From assembly GCA_963664325.2 (NCBI GenBank), contig CAXXDQ010000004.1, positions 704,001-768,000 on the forward strand: 64,000 bases of DNA, given 5' to 3'. Position numbers and translations under genes: made by a program. The DNA comes from Desulfomonilia bacterium (lineage in GTDB: Bacteria; Desulfobacterota; Desulfomonilia; UBA1062). The notes beneath the pieces are model-generated. The model had not been told where the DNA came from. It saw nothing but the letters and a program-made list of their open reading frames with translations, and made no database searches. Shown piece by piece: positions 33,485 through 44,025 of the stretch; the first letter of the stretch is position 1, and each line of letters starts with the position of its first letter.

Positions 33485-35176
33485 TTAATCCTCGTGCAGA
33501 TATTTTTTAATCTTTCTCTTGATTGAATCGGGAAGCTTGATCCCGATGGCATTGAGGCGGGTCTCGTACTTGTGCAGTGATCTTATATGCTGTGACGTGG
33601 TCGAAAAAATTTGAAAATATGACTGCAGGCTGCCCTCGACCTCTTTCCTGAAAACCATATCCTCGTTAAGCATGTCCTCTACCGGAGCGATAACACGATA
33701 ATTGATGGCCCTGCATATTGAACGGTAGGCTACGAAACGCTGGAGTATCTCGGATTCGAAATTCCTGTCCCTTATATCCTGCTCGACTTCATTGAGGTTC
33801 AGGCAGTCCAGGATCTGAAATTCATATTCAGAGCCAAGGATGTTCCTGATCAGGGTTTCAGCCTCCTTGAAATGGCTGCACTTCCCGAATGCGTCACAGC
33901 AGCTTGTAGTACAGCGCAGATACAGAACAAAATCGATATCCGAACCGGGCAGGGATATTCCCATGTTTACCGATCCCATAACATCAAAGGCGATGTCCCC
34001 TTTTACCTGCTCTTCAAGTGAATGTACGGCCTCTTCGAGCTTGTCCAGTCTGTCTTCTGTCTCCCGGGTCTGGAAGGTGCGGTAAAACTGCCGGATCTCC
34101 TTATAAAGCTCTATTTCATGAATGTGGGAATATTTAACCACATCGGTATCGTAGTTCCGCCTCATCTTCAATGCCTGATAGCGTTCGGGGTCTATGATAT
34201 CCTCAACCAGATTGGAATCCCTCAGATAATAATCGGCTATGTCGAATATTCTGCTGGCGCTGATTTTCTTGAATATTATGGATGTGACAATTTCCTTTTT
34301 AATATCGATCTGATAAAAAAAACCTCCTTCGGATACATCTCCGGCAGTATTGGTTACCTCTCCGAAATTGGACGGATTGAGATACAGAGTGTTCTCAACC
34401 TGCTTTACGCCCCAGGCGTCATGGATATGACCTGTCAGGCATAAGAGTACGTGATTATTGTCACAATAAGTTCGAAGAGAGGAAGAACCGAACGGTCCTC
34501 CCGACGCCATCCTGTCGTGAATCCCATAGGCCGGCTGATGCGCCACTATGATATTCGGTTTAACAGCACGGAAGAAATGATACATTTCATTCTGTTTTTC
34601 GTTTTTCCCGATCCCTGCCTTATAGCTTACGGTGTACCGCTCGGGAATACCGGGCGTCCTGACATCCGCACCGCCATAACCGCAGATTTTGAGGTTGTCA
34701 ATCTGGCGCCAGTGCAGGTGCAGGTCATTATCATGAAGGCTGGTATACTTGAGGTCCATATCGTAATTTCCAGGCAGGCAGAGTATTGTTGAGGTCAGCT
34801 TTGTAGAAAGAATGTTTTGCAGCACCTTGTATTTTTGCTGCATAACCCTGCGGGCCCTGATGGTGTACTGCTGATATTGAGTCCCTTTTTCCTGTATCTC
34901 CTCAGTTGCATTGGGGTTGTCAAGGAACTGATCCACGAAATCTTCTATCAGAATATTCTCAGCCCCGGCGCGCCTCCTCAGTCCATGAAAATAGGACTGT
35001 ATATCCTGATAAAGAATAGAAGTATCCATATTATAAAACGGAATATCAATAAGGTCGCCGCCAATAATATATATATCCGCCACAGTGTCAGACATAAGGC
35101 TCTTCAGCTTCTCAAAATCGCCGTGTATGTCTGTAACATAGATGAGTCTCATGACCGGTATATCGGAAAACCTCAC
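33485..35176 (-). CDS. Metallophosphoesterase fused to a Pol-beta-type nucleotidyltransferase domain
   Basis: TDIHG, GGDLID, PGNYD, AHQP, TGHIH; C-terminal MGSVNMG....SDIDF. Confidence 0.75.
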   Translation of the reverse strand: MRFSDIPVMRLIYVTDIHGDFEKLKSLMSDTVADIYIIGGDLIDIPFYNMDTSILYQDIQSYFHGLRRRAGAENILIEDFVDQFLDNPNATEEIQEKGTQYQQYTIRARRVMQQKYKVLQNILSTKLTSTILCLPGNYDMDLKYTSLHDNDLHLHWRQIDNLKICGYGGADVRTPGIPERYTVSYKAGIGKNEKQNEMYHFFRAVKPNIIVAHQPAYGIHDRMASGGPFGSSSLRTYCDNNHVLLCLTGHIHDAWGVKQVENTLYLNPSNFGEVTNTAGDVSEGGFFYQIDIKKEIVTSIIFKKISASRIFDIADYYLRDSNLVEDIIDPERYQALKMRRNYDTDVVKYSHIHEIELYKEIRQFYRTFQTRETEDRLDKLEEAVHSLEEQVKGDIAFDVMGSVNMGISLPGSDIDFVLYLRCTTSCCDAFGKCSHFKEAETLIRNILGSEYEFQILDCLNLNEVEQDIRDRNFESEILQRFVAYRSICRAINYRVIAPVEDMLNEDMVFRKEVEGSLQSYFQIFSTTSQHIRSLHKYETRLNAIGIKLPDSIKRKIKKYLHED

Positions 35177-35312
35177 TATAATAATTAAGAACGTAACGTC
35201 TCCGGCAGATACAGGTAAAAAGCCTGTTCCTCTGAAAGTCTATTTACAGAGCCATACCACCGGATTAGGTTCCATCTGCCTTTCCCATTTCCTGAACATG
35301 GCATTACCGGCA

Positions 35313-36575
35313 TTATTTGCCGGACTTGATCTTGTTGTAGAGTTCCCGGGCATCCCTTAAGACATTGCGGTTTTCAGGAGCAATGCAGAGGACGGCGTCC
35401 GGGTTGCCTGTGAGAATTCTTTCGAGGATGACCCTGGCTTCATCCTTGCGTCCCATGTAGGCAAACAGGTTGGCGCGGTTAAAGGCGATTGCGAAGTGAT
35501 CCGGATAAAGGATTTCACCTATCTCCAGGGCGTTGAGATCAATAGCCGTGGTGATTCCGCCCAGGCGCATACCCTGCTCTGTTACCCAGCCTCCGACCAC
35601 GATCATGCTCGACAGAACCTGGGCCGGGGCCAGGAAATAATAGGTTGAGTTCTCGCAGGAACAGAAATTCAAATGGGTCAGGAGCGGGTTGAGGTTGCGC
35701 GCCATGGTCATTAGACTGGACTTCGCAATCGAATCTGCCAGGTTGAGCTGATACCAGTAATTCGCAGGAATACTGTTGGGTAGCAGATCCAAGGCCTTCC
35801 GGCCGGCCTGTACCCCTTTTTGGTAATAAAGAATACCTTGAGAATCGTATAGACCGGCTGAGTCATAATACTCACCAATATAGCAATAGCCCCGGCTGAG
35901 CCACAGCTGGGCCAGGCCGTTGCCTGGGCTCTCTTTGGCGATAGTCTCCATGACTGCCATTGCTGCCTTGGCATGCTCGATATCGATGCGCTCCATCCAT
36001 AGCTTCTTAAAGGTTCCCCAGCGAGGACTATCTTTCATATCAGGCAGCGCCTCTCCTACGGGCAGGGGGGCTATGGCCTTAATCGCCGCTCCGTACTGCC
36101 GGAAGATGTACTCCCTGTCGCGGCTGTATATGAGCGTATCGATGAGATATTTCATTGCCAGGACATTCTTAGGGTCCCTGTTAAGGACCTGGCTGGCGAA
36201 CTGTTCCGACTTTTCAAAATGATCCTTCCGGCCCCGGTTTTCATAGCGGGCTGATAAATAGTGTACCCGTGCAAGCCACAGAAGGGGCTCTATCTTTTCA
36301 GGATACTTGTCTTTGAGAGGTGTGAGCATCGAGATAAGTTCTTCAAAATTTTTACCTCCGTAATGGCCATCCCATAATGCCTTTACCCTGACCCACTGGG
36401 GGTCATTGCCAGGCAGCGGCGGATCGATGTCCCATACATCTGCCAGCACCGGGGTTGTCGCCGACAGGATAATCAGACCTGCCAGTGCATAAAAATACCG
36501 GATTTTAGCTTGCATGCTTTTCAGGGATGCTAGCCTTGCTTCTTTTCTGTCAGGCATGTGAAGGCCTGCTTTCAT
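35313..36575 (-). CDS. Exported TPR-like helical repeat protein
   Basis: Hydrophobic signal segment; two similar helical halves (LWLAR..Y / LWLSR..Y); ATG 36575 has a GGGAGAG RBS. Confidence 0.55.
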   Translation of the reverse strand: MKAGLHMPDRKEARLASLKSMQAKIRYFYALAGLIILSATTPVLADVWDIDPPLPGNDPQWVRVKALWDGHYGGKNFEELISMLTPLKDKYPEKIEPLLWLARVHYLSARYENRGRKDHFEKSEQFASQVLNRDPKNVLAMKYLIDTLIYSRDREYIFRQYGAAIKAIAPLPVGEALPDMKDSPRWGTFKKLWMERIDIEHAKAAMAVMETIAKESPGNGLAQLWLSRGYCYIGEYYDSAGLYDSQGILYYQKGVQAGRKALDLLPNSIPANYWYQLNLADSIAKSSLMTMARNLNPLLTHLNFCSCENSTYYFLAPAQVLSSMIVVGGWVTEQGMRLGGITTAIDLNALEIGEILYPDHFAIAFNRANLFAYMGRKDEARVILERILTGNPDAVLCIAPENRNVLRDARELYNKIKSGK

Positions 36576-36595
36576 AAAATCAGCTCTCCCCTGGT

Positions 36596-36775
36596 TTATC
36601 CGTCTCTCATTGCAGGATACCATGCAATAAGGGCGATCCCGCAATACGACGATTCCTGGGTGTGAAATGAATTCTTACACACACCGTTAAAAAGTTCTGA
36701 ATAAATATGAAAGTTCTTCACGCTGGATTCAAAGGTTCCGACCGAGTGGAACAAGGCTTTCTCCATGTGTTCAAA
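36596..36775 (-). pseudogene. C-terminal remnant of an FGGY-family carbohydrate kinase (copy 2)
   Basis: FEHMEKAL...FE...N..IYSELFNGV...IALIAWYPA aligns without gaps to the remnant at 37344-37625. Confidence 0.55.
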
Positions 36776-36848
36776 GATTGTTCACTTGCCTTGGCTATAA
36801 GCGAGTTCGGCCCAGTTGATTTCATATATATTTTATCATCGCACTCAA

Positions 36849-37313
36849 TCAGACAATACGGCTTACTGGAAACGTCAGAAAGGTCGCGAAAGTTGTTTTG
36901 TATGCAATGAAGGCATGATAACTCATTTGAGAAACATCCAACGCATACAGAATACCCACTAATGCAGGCACGAAAATGACTGTTATTCCAATCCCAATGA
37001 TCATAGACTGGGCCAGGATTCCTTTAGGCATGGATCTCAAATGCAAACCGCGAATGCGGCTCAATTCCCCTCTGAACCTTTCGATCGGACCCTTTTTCAT
37101 TTCGATCCGAGCGAAAGGGGCGACTATGAGCACGGTCAGCCACGGAAGAAGAAAGGCAGTTGCCAGTATGTCAAGTGCAATGCCTGGATTCCCCCACAGC
37201 GGAACAGAAGCGATACCCCTGAACAGAAAGATTGCGATACCCAGATTCAATGAAAGGTTTATGAAAACACCGATTATAAGCTGGACACCAAGGAACTTTC
37301 TGAATTCATTCAA
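36849..37313 (-). CDS. Hypothetical membrane protein (4 TM)
   Basis: AGGAG RBS, four hydrophobic segments. Confidence 0.65.
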   Translation of the reverse strand: MNEFRKFLGVQLIIGVFINLSLNLGIAIFLFRGIASVPLWGNPGIALDILATAFLLPWLTVLIVAPFARIEMKKGPIERFRGELSRIRGLHLRSMPKGILAQSMIIGIGITVIFVPALVGILYALDVSQMSYHAFIAYKTTFATFLTFPVSRIV

Positions 37314-37343
37314 GATGATCTCCTTTTTAAAATGTTATTCATA

Positions 37344-37625
37344 TTATTTCTCTTCCGCCGGATAGCCTGTTATCCTGGCTATTTACCAGTTTAGAGGTAC
37401 TAAGATCTTGTACATCTTAATATATACCTCATTGAACAGAACTTTGTATATTCTCATATTCTCCTTATCAGGTTCAAAGAACTGCCCGGTTTTTTATCAT
37501 GGATGCAACTGTATCTTCAAAATTATCGAACACGCCTGTTCTCACTGAAGCATCTATTGCAACAACAGCACATGTTTCGGATGTTGCCATCCTGTATGTT
37601 GTTAGATATATCAGCAGCAATCTGC
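37344..37625 (-). pseudogene. C-terminal remnant of an FGGY-family carbohydrate kinase (copy 1)
   Basis: QIAADI...SET..AIDA.V.TGVFDNFEDTVASM..FEPDKENMRIY..LFNEVY.KMY...IARITGYP, with frameshifts and an internal TAA. Confidence 0.7.
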
Positions 37626-37757
37626 ACTATCGAAGCACTCCTTAATCTGCCTACTCCTGCTCTGATTTCTTTCTTGTGATTCCCGGCGTAGTTTCAGAAT
37701 TTCATCAGAGGTCTTGGCCGAGGAATATTTGACACGGCTGAAATCTTCCAGCGCTAC

Positions 37758-37886
37758 ATTGAAAATGTCTCGGCAATTGTTATTGGATCTCATGGAATGA
37801 GTAATATTGCCAAGATACTGCTTGGATCAGTTTCGGAAAAAGTTGCCCGTAAAGCTGTGCAACCGGTTCTGCTGGTGAAGAGATAG
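37758..37886 (+). pseudogene. C-terminal remnant of a universal stress protein
   Basis: IVIGSHGMSNIAKILLGSVSEKVARKAVQPVLLVKR*; no N-terminal part or start. Confidence 0.75.
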
Positions 37887-37910
37887 AACTTAAAACATGT
37901 TTGGAAGCAT

Positions 37911-39640
37911 GTGGCAAAGGGATTCCCAAATCTTCATTCAAATGAAAAAATGAAAATAAACATACTGAAATTATGGGACCGGCTTTTACGAGGCTTGCCT
38001 GATAACAGCAAGGAAGTTGTTCTTACTTTATTCCTTGCCCTTCTTTCAGCAGCGTCCTCCGTATGTTTTATGCTGCTAGTAAATCTTTTGTTTTCGAATA
38101 CATTTGTAAGATATTCTCACCATTCAAAGCTTTTTTTTGCCGTGGCCAGCCTCATAACAATACTTGCCACATCCCTTGCAGTGGGAATATTGCTAAATCA
38201 CTTCAGTCCTGATTCTGTAGGAAGTGGCATACCTGAATTGAAGGCTGCTTATTGGAAAGGGATGGGTTATGTAAAAGCAAAGACGGTTTTTATAAAATTT
38301 GTTGCAGGCATTTTAAGCATTTGCGGTGGAACCAGTCTGGGAAGAGAAGGCCCTACCATATATATCAACGGGGGCGTTGCATCAACATTATCCGGTTATC
38401 TGGGATCTCTAGAAAAAATGAGACGAAGGGCAGCTGCATTCAATGCACCCATGGCAGCCATAGCATTTGTCCTGGAAGAAATTATTGGCGATATGAACAG
38501 CCGCCATCTCGGACGGGTCGTCCTTGCATCATGACCGGCGCCTTTATGTTCTATGCAGTAATCGGAAAGAACCCCACATTTGTTTTGCCTAATATCAATT
38601 ATCTTGCATGGCAGAATAATTTGATAGTGCCATTTGTAGCATTTACTGGCTCTCTTGCCGGTATAGCTTATCAGAAGGGCACGCTTGCCCTAAGGGGGAG
38701 AATTAAGCAGGTCAGAGCTATTCCGGCTTGGTTGAGGCCTTGTATAGGTGGGTTAATTACATGGATTATTGGTGTATCTGTTTTTGTTACAACCGGTATG
38801 ATAGGCGTTTCCGGTCTGGGATATGAAGACCTTTCTTCAACCCTTCTTGGCAGAACGGTTAGGTGGGTTGCCGGTATACTGGTTGTCGCAAAACTTCTTG
38901 CTACAATTGTATCGTATGGTTTTGGAGGATGCGGAGGAACATTTTCTCCGCTTCTCTTTATTGGAGGGATGATAGGCTATTTCATAGCTGGTCTTTTGTA
39001 CTTGTGGACTCCACTTAATCATTCGGACATCATATTACTGTGCGCAATAGGCATGAGCGCCTGTCTGGGGGCAGTTGTCAGGGCTCCTCTTACTACAATT
39101 TTTATTGTGTTTGAGATTACACACGAGTTTTCCCTTTTGCCAGGCCTCATGATAAGCTTGATTATAACCACGGCAATTTCAAAGATGGCTGGCAACAATA
39201 ATTTTTATGATTCACTCCTGATTCAGGATGGCAATGATCTTATAAAAATACGTCCCCCTCAGGACATCAGAGGATGGAAAGAACTGCCTGTATCGGCTAT
39301 TGCCAACAGAAAACCCGTTGTGCTGTCTGATCTGTCTATAGATAATCTGAAGAAGGCCGTTGAAAAATATCCATACAATAATTTCCCGGTAGTTAAGCAT
39401 GGAAAACCGATTGGTGTTATTTCAAGAGAAAATATAATGTTAGCAATTGCCCAAAACACAACTCCAATAGTGCAGGAGGTTCAAAAGTGTTTTGCTTTTC
39501 AAAATATAATGGAAATTGATGACCTTTTTATTATGTCGGAAAGATATATGATTCTTATTACTGATCCTCAATCGGGAGACCTTCAGGGTATTCTAACCAT
39601 ACATGACCTGCTAAGAGCTCAGGCATCAATATATGATTAA
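37911..39640 (+). pseudogene. ClC chloride channel/antiporter with CBS domains, frameshifted near 38530
   Basis: GSGIPE, GREGP, GGTFSP, NFY and CBS pair split over two ORFs; the usual AGAAAGLAAAFN stretch is shortened to RRRAAAFNAP. Confidence 0.75.
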
Positions 39641-40007
39641 ATTATCAGAAAAGAAAATGAATGATATTTCATCTGGGATTCTCTTTTTCGTGATCCAAAA
39701 TAAATTTAACAAACATCCAGACCTTGCCTTGATGATTGCTTGGCGAATGGAGGAAAGTTTTTTGTTCTTTTGAAATTGAAAATATTTTCCATAATTAGAA
39801 AGAAAATTCCCATTAAAAATAAAATCCTTTCCGACGAACATTAAAATATTTAATCAACTTATTAATATTTCTAAATTTATTTTATTAAAGAATTTTATGG
39901 CATTTTGCATAATTTTTGCATATAATTTGTACAGAATAATCTGAATTTTATTTATTTAATGACCTGAGGTCTATAAAACCCAAGCTTGATGCGAATAGTT
40001 TTTTCAT

Positions 40008-40040
40008 CTTAGAAAAGTAACTAATTCAACTTAGAAAAGT
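40008..40040. repeat. 11-bp direct repeat CTTAGAAAAGT with 22-bp period
   Basis: Exact copies at 40008-40018 and 40030-40040 upstream of cassette 1. Confidence 0.7.
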
Positions 40041-40207
40041 CTTTTATACACCGCTACTTATGGCGGACTTTTATGATGCTTCAACGTTCCCAAAAACTGT
40101 TTTTTTTGATACAATTTAAAGTGCTGCTACTAGGGTTCTTTAAGCGCCACTGGATTAAAGGACTGCGGCCTTTGTGGCTGCAGTCCTAGAAAATTTTGGA
40201 GGTTATT

Positions 40208-40243
40208 ATGAACATGGGGTTAATGAACAGGGATGGACCATGA
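40208..40243 (+). CDS. Putative leader peptide MNMGLMNRDGP
   Basis: GGAGGT RBS after a strong hairpin (40159-40187); homologous uORFs at 60105 and 60239. Confidence 0.5.
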   Translation: MNMGLMNRDGP

Positions 40244-40340
40244 TGCAATCTCATTTAATCAGAGAGTTTTCAAGTTTCCCGGAAAAAATATGGACTGCAA
40301 CCATTAGCGTTGCATGTCAACTAAAATGCAGGAGGTAACA

Positions 40341-43300
40341 ATGAAGAGAAATGCAATTTTTCTGGCCATGCTTTCGATCATGGCCTTATGGTTGAGCGGC
40401 TGTATAACTTCCAGCAGCCCAAAAACCTCGGAAGTCACAATTAAAGTAGGCGATTCTCAAACATTTACGGTTTCCGGTGTTGGGAACGGCCCCTATACAT
40501 GGACCAAGGCCGGCATACCAGTCAGCGGGAACACGACTGCATCCTACACCTACACGGCGCTTTTGGAGGATTTAGGCACATTTTCTATAAAGGTGACTAC
40601 AAAAGATTCTCTTAATGTCACATCTAGCTTAGTATGGACGGTGAATGTAGTCAACGACCTGCCGCCTATAGCCAATGCCGGCCCTGACCAGAATCTCTAT
40701 TTCGGAACTCTGGTACAGCTCGACGGCAGCTTGAGCTCCGACCCTGAAGGGCAGCCGCTTTACTATCTCTGGGAGATAGTCGGACGGCCGGCAGGCAGTT
40801 CCGCTTCACTTGACAATCCCAATGCCGAGAAACCAACCTTTGTCCCGGACAAGCAGGGCGCCTATACAATCCGCCTGATTGTCAACGACGGCAGGCTGAC
40901 AAGCAGCGCTGATACGGTCATAATCAATTCCTTTACAGATTACGGTCCCCCAACAGCCAATGCAGGCCCTGACCAGAGCATCGTCTTCGGCAATATGGTC
41001 AGTCTGGACGGCAGTGCAAGCACAGACCCCGAAGGCACCCCGCTTACCTATATGTGGGCTATTGATTCAGGCCCGGCCGGAAGTGCTGCAGCGCTCGACG
41101 ATCCCACAAGCATGACACCGAAATTCACTCCCGACAAAAAAGGCGTGTATGTAGTCAGCCTGGTTGTAAGCAACGGCCTTTATGACAGCGGTATAGATCT
41201 TGTCACCATTGTTGTCTACAACACCATGCCCGTAGCCCGGGCCGGCGCTGATGTAACTATAGCAGATCTGGGCGGTTCGACAACGCTTGACGGCAGCCTT
41301 AGCTCCGATCCTGACGGCGACCCGATCAGCTATTCATGGACAATCATTTCGAGGCCGTATGGAAGCACAGCCGCCTTGAGCGATCCGTCCATCGTAAACC
41401 CGACCTTCACACCCGACAAAAAGGGCGCATATACCATTCAGCTGGTCGTGAGCGACGGCGATCTTTTCAGCAACGCTGACACAGTCATCGTCACCTGCTC
41501 CAACCATGTGCCGGTGGCCAATGCGGGTACTCCAATACATATTCCGTTCGGAAATACGGCACAGTTAAATGGCAGTGCCACTGACCCTGACAGCGACCCC
41601 ATGACCTATGCATGGACAATAACCGACAAACCGTCAGGAAGCATTGCAATGCTCTCCAATGCCACCATTCTCAACCCTACATTCAGGCCTGATGTGCAGG
41701 GTACTTATACGCTATCACTTGTCGCGACGGACAATACAGGTCTTTCCAGCGCACCATCATTTGTAACCGTATCTACCGAAAACCACCAGCCGGTTGCCGA
41801 TGCAGGCGACGACATCATCATGCCGAGCAATACCTCGGTGGGGTTAAACGGCAGCGGAACAGACGCTGACAGCGACCCTCTGACCTTCACATGGAGGGTA
41901 ATCACAGCCCCGATGGGCAGCGGCGGCGACAGCACGATCTCCGACCTTAACATCGCTAACCCGACCTTCACGCCTGATAAGAAGGGCGACTATCAGCTCG
42001 GCCTTATCGTGAACGACGGACAGATAGACAGTGCTGAAAGCACTATGAAGATACACGTAATTAACAATCCGCCTGTTGCTGATGCAGGTCCGACCCAGAA
42101 CGTCCACTATTCAACCCGTTTCGTCACTCTTGACGGAAGCGGCAGTTTTGACGTGGACGGAGATCCGCTGACCTACTCATGGAGGATCGTATCAAAGCCA
42201 TCCGGCAGCACAGCCGTGATCGTTAACCCGACAGATATTCACCCGACCATCACTCTGGATGTTCCTCAGGGATCCTGGGTGATCGGCCTGACTGTCAACG
42301 ACGGCGCTATTGACAGTGCGGAAAGTACGGTCAGCCTCAATTATATCGAAAATCAGCCCGTGGCTAATGCGGGTCCGAACCAGAGCAGGCATACCGCCTA
42401 TGGTGTTCCCAATACCTTCCAGCTCGACGGAAGCGGCAGTTCGGACCTTGACGGAGACGCACTGACCTACGCATGGACGCTCAAATCAGCTCCATCCGGC
42501 AGTACGGCGGCACTCTCCAACCGGTATATCGTGAACCCGACCATTACGGCTGATAAAGTCGGAGCTTATGTGATAGGTCTGATCGTCAATGACGGCCTCA
42601 TGAACAGTGCAGAAAGCACGGTCACCATCACCTATACCAATAACACGCCGGTGGCCAACGCGGGTCCGAACCAGAGCAAGCATTCCCCGCTTACCTTCCA
42701 GCTCGACGGAAGCGGCAGTTCAGACCTTGACGGAGATCCGCTGGCCTATACGTGGAGGGTCATATCAAAGCCATCCGGCAGCGCATCAGTGCTCTCCAGC
42801 ACGAATATCGTTAACCCGACCATCACGGCCGACAAGCTGGGATCATATGTGATCGGCCTGACCGCCAGCGACGGCTTTGTGAACAGCACGGAAAACACGG
42901 TCACCCTCACCGTCACCAATGCTGCACCGGTGGCCAATGCAGGCCCGAACCAGAGCAGGCATACAAGCCTGACCTTCCAGCTCGATGGCAGCGGCAGTTC
43001 GGATGGAGACAGCGACCCGCTGACTTACTCATGGAGGATCATATCAAAGCCGTCCGGCAGCGCATCAGTGCTCTCCAGCACCACCATCGTTAACCCGACC
43101 ATCACGACCGACAGGCCCGGGGCTTATTCTATAGGCCTGACAGTGAACGACGGCTGGGTCAACAGTACGGAAAGCACGGTCACCATCACCTACACAAACA
43201 ACGCACCGGTGGCCAATGCCGGTACTTATGCGGATGTCCTCTATGCAAACCGCAATGGCGTCACGCTCAACGGCGGGGCAAGTTCCGATCCTGACGGTGA

Positions 43301-43910
43301 CGCTATCACCTACGCGTGGACGATGACAGGGAAACCGTCCGGCAGCGCAGCAGCGCTGGCAAATGCCAACACCGCAACCCCGAGCTTCAACATGGATGTT
43401 CCAGGAACGTACAGCTTCAGCCTGGTCGTGAGCGACGCCTGGGTCAGCAGCAGCGCCAGCACGGCCTCGGTATCCAGCTCAATGAGTGCGTTATCTACCA
43501 ACTGGGACGATAACGTGATGTCGCCGTGGTACCAGATAACCAAGTCCAACATGGGAACCTGCGGAATCGCCACCAACGAATCCCATTCGTCACCGAGGAG
43601 TTTCAGGACCCAGAGCTGCACCGGTGTCCTCTGCGGTTCCGGCACCTACAAGTTCGGCAGGGATATAAATAAATACGTCACGACAATAAGCTTCTGGTCC
43701 ATGACATATTTCACATATTCCTATCCCAATGTTGACCTGTACGAGGGCAGCACCAAACTTGCCGACATCAACAATTACAACTCCTGGACACAGAGTACGT
43801 ATACTTACAACCGTATGTTCGGGACCCTTGCATTCCAGGATAACGGCAGCTATGCAGTTACAGGAAGAACCTGGAACGTCGATGACATAGTCATCAATGT
43901 TTGGAACTAA
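40341..43910 (+). CDS. Cassette 1 gene A: lipoprotein, 10 PKD/REJ-like repeats plus C-terminal jelly-roll-like domain
   Basis: Lipobox LSGC; ten PxAxAG...LDGS.S.DPDG...YxW repeats; ends VDDIVINVWN. Confidence 0.85.
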   Translation: MKRNAIFLAMLSIMALWLSGCITSSSPKTSEVTIKVGDSQTFTVSGVGNGPYTWTKAGIPVSGNTTASYTYTALLEDLGTFSIKVTTKDSLNVTSSLVWTVNVVNDLPPIANAGPDQNLYFGTLVQLDGSLSSDPEGQPLYYLWEIVGRPAGSSASLDNPNAEKPTFVPDKQGAYTIRLIVNDGRLTSSADTVIINSFTDYGPPTANAGPDQSIVFGNMVSLDGSASTDPEGTPLTYMWAIDSGPAGSAAALDDPTSMTPKFTPDKKGVYVVSLVVSNGLYDSGIDLVTIVVYNTMPVARAGADVTIADLGGSTTLDGSLSSDPDGDPISYSWTIISRPYGSTAALSDPSIVNPTFTPDKKGAYTIQLVVSDGDLFSNADTVIVTCSNHVPVANAGTPIHIPFGNTAQLNGSATDPDSDPMTYAWTITDKPSGSIAMLSNATILNPTFRPDVQGTYTLSLVATDNTGLSSAPSFVTVSTENHQPVADAGDDIIMPSNTSVGLNGSGTDADSDPLTFTWRVITAPMGSGGDSTISDLNIANPTFTPDKKGDYQLGLIVNDGQIDSAESTMKIHVINNPPVADAGPTQNVHYSTRFVTLDGSGSFDVDGDPLTYSWRIVSKPSGSTAVIVNPTDIHPTITLDVPQGSWVIGLTVNDGAIDSAESTVSLNYIENQPVANAGPNQSRHTAYGVPNTFQLDGSGSSDLDGDALTYAWTLKSAPSGSTAALSNRYIVNPTITADKVGAYVIGLIVNDGLMNSAESTVTITYTNNTPVANAGPNQSKHSPLTFQLDGSGSSDLDGDPLAYTWRVISKPSGSASVLSSTNIVNPTITADKLGSYVIGLTASDGFVNSTENTVTLTVTNAAPVANAGPNQSRHTSLTFQLDGSGSSDGDSDPLTYSWRIISKPSGSASVLSSTTIVNPTITTDRPGAYSIGLTVNDGWVNSTESTVTITYTNNAPVANAGTYADVLYANRNGVTLNGGASSDPDGDAITYAWTMTGKPSGSAAALANANTATPSFNMDVPGTYSFSLVVSDAWVSSSASTASVSSSMSALSTNWDDNVMSPWYQITKSNMGTCGIATNESHSSPRSFRTQSCTGVLCGSGTYKFGRDINKYVTTISFWSMTYFTYSYPNVDLYEGSTKLADINNYNSWTQSTYTYNRMFGTLAFQDNGSYAVTGRTWNVDDIVINVWN

Positions 43911-43929
43911 TTACATTATGGTAATGAGT

Positions 43930-44010
43930 GGGGAAGGCCCAGGCCTTCCCCGTGTACACACACCCGTGTGGGAGCCGGAGGAACTGGCCCCACCGACGGG
44001 GCATTAAATA
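43930..44010 (+). promoter_or_regulatory. Conserved A-B intergenic double stem-loop (copy 1)
   Basis: GGGGAAGGC/GCCTTCCCC stem without U tract plus second hairpin; repeated before 51384 and 63529. Confidence 0.55.
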
Positions 44011-44025
44011 AGATGGAGGTAATGC

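Noticed and set aside
36822-36851. In-frame TGA followed by LSAMIKYI in the membrane protein (readthrough or selenocysteine)
   Set aside because: Extension is only 8 codons with no SECIS-like hairpin or redox motif.
39905-39921. Sigma54 promoter TTGCATAATTTTTGCA upstream of cassette 1
   Set aside because: Lacks the invariant GG at -24 and lies in very AT-rich DNA.
40314-40340. Longer upstream starts for A1, A2, A3 and the TPR gene given in the ORF track
   Set aside because: Downstream ATGs have strong RBSs; for the A genes they give proper signal peptides, and the TPR extension overlaps the FGGY remnant.
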